From positions 28,206 through 92,205 of the forward strand of contig CAVTUQ010000004.1 in assembly GCA_963737905.1 (NCBI GenBank): a DNA stretch of 64,000 nucleotides, given 5' to 3'. A program made the translations under genes and the position numbers. The notes below the pieces were generated by a model. It saw only the letters and a program-made list of their open reading frames with translations. It had not been told where the DNA came from and did no database searches. This DNA comes from an uncultured delta proteobacterium (GTDB lineage Bacteria > Desulfobacterota > Binatia > UBA9968). How positions within the stretch are numbered: position 1 is the stretch's first letter; the number at the start of each line of letters is the position of its first letter. Below, piece after piece: positions 27,888 to 36,981 of the stretch.

Positions 27888-28574
27888 TTAATTTTCGACC
27901 TGCCACCGTCCGCGTTTCGTAGGATGACGTAAGGCCGAGTGCAGTCGCTTGAGAAACATTCGACGCGATAGCTCTTTGGCGCCGAGGTTCAACATGTGTT
28001 CCGTGGTCATTTGTGAATCGATAAAGTGAAACCCCCAATTCTTCAGCTTCTCCACCAGAGTCGCGAGAGCCACTTTCGAAGCATCGCTTTTCAAATGAAA
28101 CATCGATTCGCCAAAAAAAGCCTTGCCTAATGAAACGCCGTAGAGCCCGCCGGCCAGTTTTTCCCCCAACCAACTCTCGACCGAGTGGGCGTAACCCAGA
28201 CCGTGAAGGTTGATGTAAGCCTCCTGCATCTCTTTCGTGATCCAGGTACCGTTCTGCGTTTCGCGGGGCACCACTGCGCAGGCCTGGATGACCTCTTCGA
28301 AAGCATGATCGAACGTGACCTGAAAAACCCCTTTTTTAAGGGTCTTACCTAAACTTCGAGAAATCTTGAAGTCTTCAAGATCGAGAATTAAACGAGGATC
28401 CGGCGACCACCAAAGGATGGGTTGGTCGTCCGAATACCAGGGAAATATTCCCACGCGATAGGCCTCCAGCAACCTCTCATGGGACAGGTCCCCGCCGACG
28501 GCGAGCAATCCGCTCGGATCGGCATAGTCCGGCGGAGGAAAAATCGGCTCGTCTACCAATCGAAATATCGGCAT
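27888..28574 (-). CDS. aat: leucyl/phenylalanyl-tRNA-protein transferase
   Basis: 228 aa. GLLAVGGDLSHERLLEAYRVGIFPWY, ILWWSPDPR and YAHSVESW are characteristic of L/F-transferase. Confidence 0.85.
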   Translation of the reverse strand: MPIFRLVDEPIFPPPDYADPSGLLAVGGDLSHERLLEAYRVGIFPWYSDDQPILWWSPDPRLILDLEDFKISRSLGKTLKKGVFQVTFDHAFEEVIQACAVVPRETQNGTWITKEMQEAYINLHGLGYAHSVESWLGEKLAGGLYGVSLGKAFFGESMFHLKSDASKVALATLVEKLKNWGFHFIDSQMTTEHMLNLGAKELSRRMFLKRLHSALRHPTKRGRWQVEN

Positions 28575-28679
28575 CGAATCATTTTAACCTTCTCCCTTTC
28601 GTTTTTCATTCTCGGTCTAGCGGTTGCAAAACCACCTCTTCCGAGACTATGCTTTTTATGGTTGCAGAAAGGAAATGCT

Positions 28680-29066
28680 ATGTTCAAACGCATCGACCAT
28701 GTGGCCATTCACGTCTCCGACCTAAACCGCTCCGTCGCTTTCTACGAAGAACACTTCGGTTTCAAACAATACTTCCAACACGCGGCGACGGGTGGATTGC
28801 AGATCGCGTATTTGAAACTCGGCGATACGGTCTTGGAACTGACGCACAAAACCGATGGCGCGATGTTGGGTTTTCACTTTTGCCTGGAAACGGACAATTT
28901 TGACGCAACGGTATCTAAGCTACAGCAGGATGGGGTACAATTAATCCGTGCACCTCACGACACCGCCGCACGCGAACCGAGAGAGAACGGCTGGCGTCGG
29001 GTCGTTTTCGGAGGCCCGGATGGGGAGCAGATTGAGCTGACGAGGATGAACCACCGTGACTCGTGA
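28680..29066 (+). CDS. VOC / glyoxalase-family protein
   Basis: ATG 28680 follows GAAAGGAAA. MFKRIDHVAIHVSDLNRSVAFYEEHFGF is a typical VOC N-terminus. Confidence 0.75.
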   Translation: MFKRIDHVAIHVSDLNRSVAFYEEHFGFKQYFQHAATGGLQIAYLKLGDTVLELTHKTDGAMLGFHFCLETDNFDATVSKLQQDGVQLIRAPHDTAAREPRENGWRRVVFGGPDGEQIELTRMNHRDS

Positions 29067-29112
29067 TCGTTTCTCGTGACCATTCACGAACACGAATCAC
29101 GAACACGAAAAG
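29055..29112. repeat. inverted array of TCGTGA / TCACGAA heptamer-like units overlapping the stop codon at 29064
   Basis: Left arm cgtgactcgtgatcgtttctcgtgac, right arm tcacgaacacgaatcacgaacacgaaaag. Imperfect hairpin potential. Confidence 0.6.
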
Positions 29113-29125
29113 AGGGAAAAACAAT

Positions 29126-29434
29126 ATGTCTGAGAAACCAAATTCCACAATCCAGGTCACGTGTCCTTGCTGCAGCGCCATGTTAACAATCGACCCGACC
29201 CTGCCTGCGGTACTGAGTCACAAGCTGCCGCCAAAGCCACAACTCATCGCCGAGTTAAAAAGCGCCGCCCAGTTTGTCAAGGAAGAAGTCACCCGCCGCG
29301 ATGAAAAGTATCAGCAGATCGTTGAAGCAGAAAAGAACAAATCGAAGGTGCTGGAGGCCAAATTTCAAGAGCTGCTCAAGAAGGCCAAAGAAGAGCCGAT
29401 CACAAAGCCACTGAAAGACATCGATATAGACTAG
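29126..29434 (+). CDS. small CPCC-motif / coiled-coil protein, unknown function
   Basis: ATG 29126 follows AGAGGGA. 102 aa, VTCPCCSAMLTI, then a Lys/Glu-rich helix. Confidence 0.5.
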   Translation: MSEKPNSTIQVTCPCCSAMLTIDPTLPAVLSHKLPPKPQLIAELKSAAQFVKEEVTRRDEKYQQIVEAEKNKSKVLEAKFQELLKKAKEEPITKPLKDIDID

Positions 29435-29559
29435 CTGCAACTCGTTCAAGATCCCGCAAGCGGAACCCGATATTCTGAATCGCATCCCAAGGTCGAGAAA
29501 CTAGTCGCGCTGCGATGACTTGGCTTCAAAAATAGGGCCGATCAGAATAGATTGCGACC

Positions 29560-30564
29560 ATGCGTGCGTTGCTTTTTGAAAAAGTCAGCCAGCCTTTGCG
29601 GAAGGCAGAGTTGCCCATGCCCCAGCCGGCGCTCGGTCAAGTTTTGATCCGGGTTCGCGCCTGCGCCGTGTGCCGGACTGACCTTCATGTGGTCGATGGG
29701 GAGTTAACCCAGCCAAAACTTCCGCTGATCCCCGGTCACGAGATTGTCGGCACTGTAGAAGCGAAAGGCGAGGGCGCCGAGCGCTTTGAGATCGGCGATC
29801 GTGTCGGCATTCCATGGCTGGGTTGGACGTGCGGCGAGTGTTCCTATTGTCTGTGGGGACGGGAAAATCTTTGTGATAAGGCGCGATTTACCGGTTACAC
29901 TATTGATGGTGGTTATGCGGACTACACGGTTGCGGATCAGCGTTTCTGTTTTCCAATTCCGGATTTTTATGGCGATACGGTGGCTGCGCCTCTCCTCTGC
30001 GCCGGTTTGATCGGATACCGGAGCTTAGTCAAGGCGGGCGATGGGAAACGTCTTGGAATCTACGGCTTCGGCGCGGCGGCGCATATCGTCACCCAGGTTG
30101 CCCGCTATCAGAACCGAGAGGTCTATGCGTTTACCCGGCCGGGCGACAAAGACGCAGCGACATTTGCTCTGGAACTTGGCGCTGTTTGGGCCGGTGGCTC
30201 GAACGAATTGCCTCCTACGAAACTGGATGCGGCGATCATCTTTGCGCCCGTCGGCGCACTTGTCCCGCAGGCTTTGCAGTCGGTCGGCAAAGGGGGAATC
30301 GTCGTTTGCGGTGGCATTCACATGAGCGACATCCCCTCATTTCCTTACGAAATCTTATGGGAAGAACGCTCCCTCTGCTCGGTCGCGAACCTCACCCGAT
30401 CAGATGGTGAAGAATTTCTAGCGCTCGCACCGCGAGTTCCCGTGCACACAAACATTCAAACTTTTCCCTTGGAAGAGGCCAACGAAGCTTTGGCTCGTCT
30501 GCGCTCTGGCAAGATTCAAGGAGCAGCGGTATTAGTAACGGAAGCTACAAGAGCCAGCGGCTGA
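29560..30564 (+). CDS. zinc-dependent alcohol dehydrogenase family oxidoreductase
   Basis: 334 aa. CAVCRTDLHVVDGE, GHEIVG and structural-Zn CGECSYCLWGRENLC motifs. Confidence 0.85.
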   Translation: MRALLFEKVSQPLRKAELPMPQPALGQVLIRVRACAVCRTDLHVVDGELTQPKLPLIPGHEIVGTVEAKGEGAERFEIGDRVGIPWLGWTCGECSYCLWGRENLCDKARFTGYTIDGGYADYTVADQRFCFPIPDFYGDTVAAPLLCAGLIGYRSLVKAGDGKRLGIYGFGAAAHIVTQVARYQNREVYAFTRPGDKDAATFALELGAVWAGGSNELPPTKLDAAIIFAPVGALVPQALQSVGKGGIVVCGGIHMSDIPSFPYEILWEERSLCSVANLTRSDGEEFLALAPRVPVHTNIQTFPLEEANEALARLRSGKIQGAAVLVTEATRASG

Positions 30565-30597
30565 ATTGTCTCATTCCCAGGGTCTAGAAAGCACTCT

Positions 30598-31599
30598 TCA
30601 CTTCTCATAAAGCTTCTTGATAAATCCGGTCTTATCGAGTTCTTCGACGAAGCTCGCGTCGATAAATTCTTCCGGCTTGTGCTTGTAAACATCGGGCCGG
30701 GTTAGAGCGACGTACTCGTAACTCGTCTTCATTCCCTTTATGTTCGGATACGGAGCCGCGAGGCGGTGTTTGGCGAACAGCTCCCAGGACTCTTGGGCTA
30801 AGGAGTCGTCATCTAAGCGAAGCGTTTTCTTTATGACTTTTTTGGCGAGCTCTGGATCTTTTTTGAACAGGGCGATGCCCTCGAGGTGAGCTCGCATGTA
30901 TCTCGTCACCAGATCGCGATCCCGCTGAATCTGGGAGCGCGTTGTTGCAATCTCGCTCCAAGGGTAATCGACGTCTTTAAAGAAGTCCCAAAGTTGAACA
31001 AAGCCGGCACGTTGCGCCAGAATAAATTGCGGATGTCCAAGGGTTGCCGCTGGAATCTTACCCTGTCTCAGAGCAATCAGGCGATCCGAGTCGCTACCGA
31101 TTTGCAGCAGAGCGAAATCTTTATCCGGATTCAGGCCTTTTCTCTTGGCGAGATAGCGAACCAAAAAATCGGTGAGGGAGCCGAAGGTCGTCACCCCGAT
31201 GGTTTTACCTTTGAGATCTTCGTCTCGCTTTATGTCCGATCGCACGACCAGCGATTGCACGACGCCGGGCATCGTGTGCGCCAGAATGACCATGTCGGAG
31301 CCTGCAAGTACGGCGTTCATAACCGTCGGAGTGGCGACGGGTGCAATGGCAACGCTGCCCGCGACCAGAGCTCTGGAAACAATCCCAGAGCCTTGCATAA
31401 CTACGGCATCGGCATCGAGTCCATACTTTTCAAAGAGCTTTGCCTCTTTGGCAACGTAGATAATGATATTCCCCATGCTAACTGCCGGCACGCCAACGTG
31501 CACTTTTTTAAGGTTGCCGCTCTGACAAAATACTATCGAGGGTAGGACTAGGAGATTAACAATAACCAGCGAAGTTAGAGAAAAACGCAGACCCATCAT
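30598..31599 (-). CDS. ABC transporter substrate-binding protein (NMT1/THI5-like, sulfonate/nitrate type)
   Basis: 333 aa with signal peptide MMGLRFSLTSLVIVNLLVLPSIVFC. Paralogue at 51245-52239. Confidence 0.7.
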   Translation of the reverse strand: MMGLRFSLTSLVIVNLLVLPSIVFCQSGNLKKVHVGVPAVSMGNIIIYVAKEAKLFEKYGLDADAVVMQGSGIVSRALVAGSVAIAPVATPTVMNAVLAGSDMVILAHTMPGVVQSLVVRSDIKRDEDLKGKTIGVTTFGSLTDFLVRYLAKRKGLNPDKDFALLQIGSDSDRLIALRQGKIPAATLGHPQFILAQRAGFVQLWDFFKDVDYPWSEIATTRSQIQRDRDLVTRYMRAHLEGIALFKKDPELAKKVIKKTLRLDDDSLAQESWELFAKHRLAAPYPNIKGMKTSYEYVALTRPDVYKHKPEEFIDASFVEELDKTGFIKKLYEK

Positions 31600-31660
31600 A
31601 ATTGAATCCTCCTATAGCGCACCGTCCCTTTTCTGGCATATAGTCCGTACATCCAAACAA

Positions 31661-31690
31661 TGTCAATCTATCACATTGACCACATTGACA
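31661..31690. promoter_or_regulatory. candidate operator: TGTCAAT-N16-ATTGACA with tandem CACATTGAC x2
   Basis: TGTCAAT 31661-31667. Perfect tandem 9-mers at 31672-31680 and 31681-31689. Lies in the divergent region between the binding-protein gene and the E1 alpha gene. Confidence 0.3.
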
Positions 31691-31723
31691 ATCTCTAGCG
31701 ATTTGAATAAGTCAAAAACTATT

Positions 31724-32743
31724 ATGCTGCCCAAAGTACCACGTGAAATACTGCTGGATCTGTGCCGGAGGATGTTCGTCATCCGCCACTTTGAAGAAAA
31801 TTTAGTTCCGCTTCATGACAAGGGTGTGTTCGGCGGGCACTACCATCTTTATGTCGGACAGGAAGGAACCGGCGTACCCGCAATTTCATGCCTCCGCTCG
31901 GACGACTATCTCTTCACCACGCACAGAAACCATGGCCACTTACTCGCCCGCGGCGTCGAGCCAAAAAAACTTTTTGCCGAGATCCTCGGCCGCGTCGACG
32001 GTCTCAATAAAGGAAAAGGCGGTTCGTTCCATTCGGTTGCGCCGTCGTTGGGTTTCCTCCATAGCTCGGGCGTGGTCGCCGGGATCATTCCGCTGTCGAC
32101 CGGCACGGCCTACGCAGCGAAAGCACAGAAAAACGGCCGGATCACGGTTTGCCTGTTCGGCGACGGTTCGCTGGAAGAAGGCGCGGCGCCGGAAGCGTTC
32201 AACCTCGCGTCGCTTTACAAACTGCCGGTGATGTTTCTTTGCGAGAATAACGGCAAGTATGGTGCCGGCCAGGCCGTTGCAGCGGCGCAATCCTCCTCCA
32301 TGGCGGCCTATCCGCTAACGGATTTACCGAAAGCATACAAAGTTCCCGCCCAGCAGATCGATGGGATAGACGCGGGCCAGGTTCATGCGGCGGTTTCCGA
32401 AGCCGTAAAGAAAATCCGCGGTGGCGAAGGTCCGCAATTCATCGAAGCGCAAACCGTCCGCTATCCCGGCAGTGAAACCAACTGGCCCACCGTGCCGCAA
32501 CCGACGGACACTTCACTCGCTTGGGACGTTAGCAGCGTTCCGGAAAAGGCACGCGAGTGGTATCGCAGCTGCGACCCGTTGCTGATCTTCATTCGCGAGC
32601 TCGTCGATGCCAAACAAGCATCACGAGAAGAAATCACCAACATCGAAAGGAAAGTGAAAGCCGAGATCGCCGCCGCAGTCGAGTTCGCGATGAGCAGTCC
32701 TTATCCGAAACCGGAAGAGGCCGAAATAGATTTTTTTGCTTAA
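31724..32743 (+). CDS. ThDP-dependent dehydrogenase E1 component, alpha subunit (acetoin/pyruvate type)
   Basis: HRNHGHLLARG, GKGGSFH, FGDGSLEEGA and FLCENNG motifs. Start uncertain (TTG 31676 or ATG 31724). Confidence 0.8.
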   Translation: MLPKVPREILLDLCRRMFVIRHFEENLVPLHDKGVFGGHYHLYVGQEGTGVPAISCLRSDDYLFTTHRNHGHLLARGVEPKKLFAEILGRVDGLNKGKGGSFHSVAPSLGFLHSSGVVAGIIPLSTGTAYAAKAQKNGRITVCLFGDGSLEEGAAPEAFNLASLYKLPVMFLCENNGKYGAGQAVAAAQSSSMAAYPLTDLPKAYKVPAQQIDGIDAGQVHAAVSEAVKKIRGGEGPQFIEAQTVRYPGSETNWPTVPQPTDTSLAWDVSSVPEKAREWYRSCDPLLIFIRELVDAKQASREEITNIERKVKAEIAAAVEFAMSSPYPKPEEAEIDFFA

Positions 32744-32752
32744 GAGCTGACT

Positions 32753-33724
32753 ATGCGAGAACTTGCCTACTACGAAGCCAAATTCGAAGCGCTGGAAGAA
32801 ATCATGGCCGCCGATGAGAGAGTCCATCTGATCAACGGCACCTTCTTAAGTTTGAGCCCGCACCGCCACGTCTACCAGAACCTGCGCAATAAATATGCCG
32901 AGCGGATGATCTCGCCACCGATCTCTGAGCTGGGCTTTTGCGGTCTCGCCACCGGCGCGGCGATGGCGGGACTCCGGCCGATCGTCGATCTGAGCACCGG
33001 TAGCTTTATTTATGAAGCCTGGCCGCAAGTCGCCAACGAAGCGGCGAACGCTTTTTCCATGTCCGGCGGACAAACCCGTGTGCCGGTGGTGTTTCATCTC
33101 TTTCACGGCCTGCGCGGCGGCGGCGCGGCGCAACACTCCGGCAGCCCGCAAGCCATGCTTTGGAACTGCCCGGGGCTGGAGATCGCGATTCCTTCCTCGC
33201 CGCTCGATGTGAAAGGGCTCCTGAAAACCGCCGTTGCCAGCGACAATCCGACCATTTTCGTCGACCACACCAGGCTCTTGGACATTCGTGGTGAATTGCC
33301 GGACCACGATAAACCAATTCCCTTCGGCGTTGCCGACGTGAAACGCAAAGGCAGCGACGTGACGGTGATCGCTACCTCATATATGGTCCAGCGCTGCTTG
33401 CAGCTCGCCGAGAAGCTCGCAAGCGACAAAATCAGCGTGGAAGTTGTCGACCCGCGAACGCTGGTGCCCTTCGACATGGCAACCCTGATGACGTCGGTAG
33501 AGAAGACCGGCCGCGTCGTCATTGTCGATGAAACTCATCAGAGTTGTGGCGTTGCCGCAGAGATCGCCGCGCGTATTGTCGAGACCGGCTTTGACAAGCT
33601 CAAGGCTCCGCTCCGGCGCGTCGCCACTCTCGACGTGCCGGTTCCCTACAGCCCGCCGCTGGAAGATTACATCGGCCCGCGCGAAGATCGCATCATACAG
33701 GCGATCCGCGCGGTGCTCCGTTAG
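32753..33724 (+). CDS. ThDP-dependent dehydrogenase E1 component, beta subunit
   Basis: 323 aa. PISELGFCGLATGAAMAGLRPIV and the C-terminal transketolase-like domain. Confidence 0.85.
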   Translation: MRELAYYEAKFEALEEIMAADERVHLINGTFLSLSPHRHVYQNLRNKYAERMISPPISELGFCGLATGAAMAGLRPIVDLSTGSFIYEAWPQVANEAANAFSMSGGQTRVPVVFHLFHGLRGGGAAQHSGSPQAMLWNCPGLEIAIPSSPLDVKGLLKTAVASDNPTIFVDHTRLLDIRGELPDHDKPIPFGVADVKRKGSDVTVIATSYMVQRCLQLAEKLASDKISVEVVDPRTLVPFDMATLMTSVEKTGRVVIVDETHQSCGVAAEIAARIVETGFDKLKAPLRRVATLDVPVPYSPPLEDYIGPREDRIIQAIRAVLR

Positions 33725-33885
33725 CAGGCTGCTGAAAAGACTCATATGCTTCGTTGCGCTCAATCGCCTCGCTACAGATGGCTTATGGCATATGGCTTAT
33801 AGCGCATGGCTCGTATGGTCAAACTATATGCCATATGCTATCAGCCATACGCGAAGCACAGGGCCTTGAGCAGCCTGCAAACCGA
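33721..33885. repeat. composite palindromic intergenic element: inverted arms flanking ATGGCTYRT micro-repeats
   Basis: Left arm TTAGCAGGCTGCTGAAAAG 33721-33739 overlaps stop 33722-33724. Right arm CTTGAGCAGCCTGCAAACCGA 33865-33885. ATGGCTTAT at 33778 and 33792, ATGGCTCGT at 33806, inverted GCCAT units at 33829-33848. Confidence 0.7.
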
Positions 33886-33911
33886 AGTTTTTAGTAATGT
33901 GTTTCCTGGTG

Positions 33912-33942
33912 CGTTCACCCTGAGACTGTGGAAGGGTGAACG
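33912..33942. repeat. perfect 10-bp-stem hairpin CGTTCACCCT / AGGGTGAACG (REP-like)
   Basis: 33912-33921 pairs with 33933-33942, 11-nt loop. Degenerate copy GTCACCCTGAGC...GGGGCTCA at 35052-35080. Confidence 0.65.
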
Positions 33943-34011
33943 GAGTGACAGACGCGAATCGACTCTTACAATCCGTTAGTCGCGCAACATTCCTTTTCCC
34001 TTCGATAGGCC

Positions 34012-34981
34012 ATGGCAACTAAGAGAGAGAATCCAACTGAGCTCGTCCCTCTCCTCCGCGCGATGTGGCTCATTCGCGCATTCGAAGAAAAAGTCTCTGC
34101 TCTCTACGCCATGCATGAGATCTTGGGTTTGCTCCACTTGGGTATCGGCCAAGAGGCCGTCGCCGTAGGAACCTGCAGCCTACTTCGAGCCGACGACTAT
34201 GTCTTCGGCGGCCATCGCTCCCACGGCCACGCTATCGCCAAGGGGGCCGATATTAAGCCGGCTCATGGCGGAAATCGCGGGGCGGGCGAGCGGCTACTGT
34301 GGCGGCAAGGGTGGCTCGATGCATATCGTCGCGCTCGACGCGGGCTTTGTCACGGCGACGGGCGTGGTGGGGGGCACTATCCCCCTTGCCCTAGGCGCGG
34401 CTTTCGTTGCCAAGGAAAATGGCAAAGGGCAAGTCGCCGTTGTCTTTTTCGGCGACGGGGCGGGCCAGGCCGGCGCGTTTCACGAATCGCTCAACATCGC
34501 GAGCCTTTGGCGGCTACCCGTTATCTTCGTTTGCGAGAACAACGGTTACGCCGAGTTCACCCCGCTCTCCTCCCACACCCTTGTCGAGCGTCTGGCACGG
34601 CACGCCCAAACGTACAAAATTCCCAGCAGCACAGTAGACGGCAACGATCTCCTGGAGGTGCGCGGCGCCATGGCCAAAGCTGTGCAACACGCGCGCACAG
34701 GTAAGGGCCCGGCATTCGTCGAATGCCTGACTCATCGTTTAAGAGGCCATTACGAAGGCGATCCGGCGAAGTACCGCGAGCTGTCGGAGCTGGCTGAATG
34801 GAAGGAAAAGGATCCCATCGCCCGCTTCACCCGTGCGCTCAAACGTAGAAAAGTCGTATCCGACAAAGACATCGCGGCCATCGAGATCGATGCACGCGGT
34901 ATAGTTGACCGGGCCGCCCAGTTTGCGCTGGCCTCCCCGTGGCCGGCGCCGGAAGAAGTCGCGAGCCAAGTGACGGCGTAA
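34012..34981 (+). pseudogene. second E1 alpha subunit copy, frameshifted
   Basis: Frame 1 reads ...GGHRSHGHAIAKGADIK, then loses homology. Frame 3 continues RLMAEIAGRASGYCGGKGGSMH...FGDGAGQAGAF...FVCENNGYA to 34981. Junction about 34256-34262. Confidence 0.75.
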
Positions 34982-35136
34982 ACGGCATCATTCCCATAGT
35001 GAGCAACAAAACATGCTGGATGACCTTGAAAATAGTCTGACTGTTTACGCTGTCACCCTGAGCGGTAGCGAAGGGGCTCATTCGAAAAGATTCTTCGCTT
35101 TCGGCTCATCTATGACACTTGCTGGTACTGATAGTT

Positions 35137-36105
35137 ATGCCTGAGCAAACATACTTAGAAGCCATCCGCACCGGCTTGCACGAAGAGATGAGCCGCGACC
35201 CATCGGTTTATCTTTTCGGTGAAGACGTCGCGCTGGGCGGGCCCTTCGGTGTTACCACCGGACTCGCCGAAACTTTCGGCAAGAACCGCGTGGTCAATAC
35301 CCCCATCAGCGAAGGGACAGTGATGGGACTCGCCATCGGTGCGGCAGCTGCCGGACTCCGGCCGGTGGTGGAGATCATGTTCATCGACTTCATTACTTTG
35401 GCAATGGACCAGCTCGTCAACCACGCCGCCAAGCTGCACTACATGTCCGGCGGGCAACTGAAGATTCCCCTAACAGTCCGCGTCCAGTGCGGCATCAGTG
35501 GCAACATGGGCGCGCACCATTCGCAAAGTCTCGAATCCTGGCTCGCTCATGTGCCGGGCTTGAAAGTGGTGATGCCTTCGAATCCCGCAGATGCCAAAGG
35601 GCTTCTCAAGGCCGCCATCCGAGACGATAACCCTGTCGTGTTTATCGAGCATCGGGGTATCTATTGGACGCGAGGCCAAGTCCCTGAGAGCGACGATCTC
35701 GTGCCCATCGGCAAGGCCGCAGTCGCGAGAGAAGGCGAGGATCTGACCATTGTCGCTACCGCCAAGTTGCTAGCCGCGACTCTGGAAGCCGCCGAAGAGC
35801 TCTCCTCCGGCGGCATCTCCGTCGAAGTCATCGACCCGCGGACCTTATCCCCGCTGGATGTCGAAACTATCGTAAATTCAGTCAAGAAGACGAGCCGGCT
35901 CATCATCGTCCACGAAGCCGTTGAACAGGATGGGATCGGAGCCGAAATTGCCACTCAGGTTCAAAACGAAGCGTTCTATTACCTCGATAGCCCGATTGCG
36001 CGTGTTGCCGCTCCCTTCGCTCCGGTTCCCGCAAGCCCCGCGCTCGAAAAGTGTTTTGTCCCCGGCAAAACAGAGATCATTCGTGCAGATCCAGCGCGGC
36101 TTTAA
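35137..36105 (+). CDS. second E1 beta subunit copy
   Basis: ATG 35137. PISEGTVMGLAIGAAAAGLRPVVEIMF. Collinear with 32753-33724. Confidence 0.85.
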   Translation: MPEQTYLEAIRTGLHEEMSRDPSVYLFGEDVALGGPFGVTTGLAETFGKNRVVNTPISEGTVMGLAIGAAAAGLRPVVEIMFIDFITLAMDQLVNHAAKLHYMSGGQLKIPLTVRVQCGISGNMGAHHSQSLESWLAHVPGLKVVMPSNPADAKGLLKAAIRDDNPVVFIEHRGIYWTRGQVPESDDLVPIGKAAVAREGEDLTIVATAKLLAATLEAAEELSSGGISVEVIDPRTLSPLDVETIVNSVKKTSRLIIVHEAVEQDGIGAEIATQVQNEAFYYLDSPIARVAAPFAPVPASPALEKCFVPGKTEIIRADPARL

Positions 36106-36180
36106 ATCGCTAGACCAATCAATAATGCTTCCTGTCGAAAATTTTACTGTGCCAAGACGAGTAGCTGCCAGTGCGGCTTC

Positions 36181-36803
36181 TTATTTCGCCAAGTTGAAAT
36201 CGACAAGCGTGGACTCCACACGAGCGCTTCCAGACGTGTGAAAGTTAGTAATCGCTTTGACATCGGGCGCATAATAGTAAGTGTGGGTCCGAATTTCTCC
36301 CGGGGCCAAGGGCTTGAGGCCCGGTGCTCTCATAGTCATGACAATTTTGAAAGCATCGAATTCGCCCTTAGGTGTCTTAATCTTTTCCCATGCTTGAACT
36401 TCGTACTTCGTGTCCTCCAACCGCATTTGCATGCCCGGTGGCTGGAATTTAACCGATCAGACCAGGTAAGACCAACGCGAAGTGGAAACCTCAGCAACTC
36501 CCCCAGCCAAGCAGGTCTACCCAGTACCAACGCAGTGGCTGCCTCCGAGTTGACTTCTTTAGATTCGTTTCCTTGAACACCAAAAACTTTTGGCTGATTC
36601 GACTCGAATCTTACGATGTACTCTGAAAAGCGTTCCAGGAATTCACCTGCAACAGAAACTCCAGGGGGACGGACCACATCCACTTTCACCCGCCACCAGT
36701 CACCATCTTTGTAAACCGGAGCCTCCGCTTGCTGCCCGTGCGATGAGTGAGGTACCAGAAGGAATGTCAGGATTCCGATTAGGCCAAGTATCGGTCTAAA
36801 CAT
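36181..36803 (-). pseudogene. secreted hypothetical protein, frameshifted
   Basis: Signal peptide MFRPILGLIGILTFLLVPHSSHG. The frame changes at about 36451-36461 (...LTWSD then VKFQPPGMQMRLEDTKYEV...). Confidence 0.5.
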
Positions 36804-36981
36804 AGCTAAACCTCCCCTTGTTCAATGAGCGCCTCGCCCTGATCGCAGACGGCTGCCCTGTAACATAACCCGCGACAACCCGTCAACAGACACGTAGCAA
36901 GCCTAATTTGTCGCAGAAGTTTTTCTATTCGACAAATCTACAATCCTTGAGGCTTCTTGGATTATCGTCTAAAGAGGAAAC

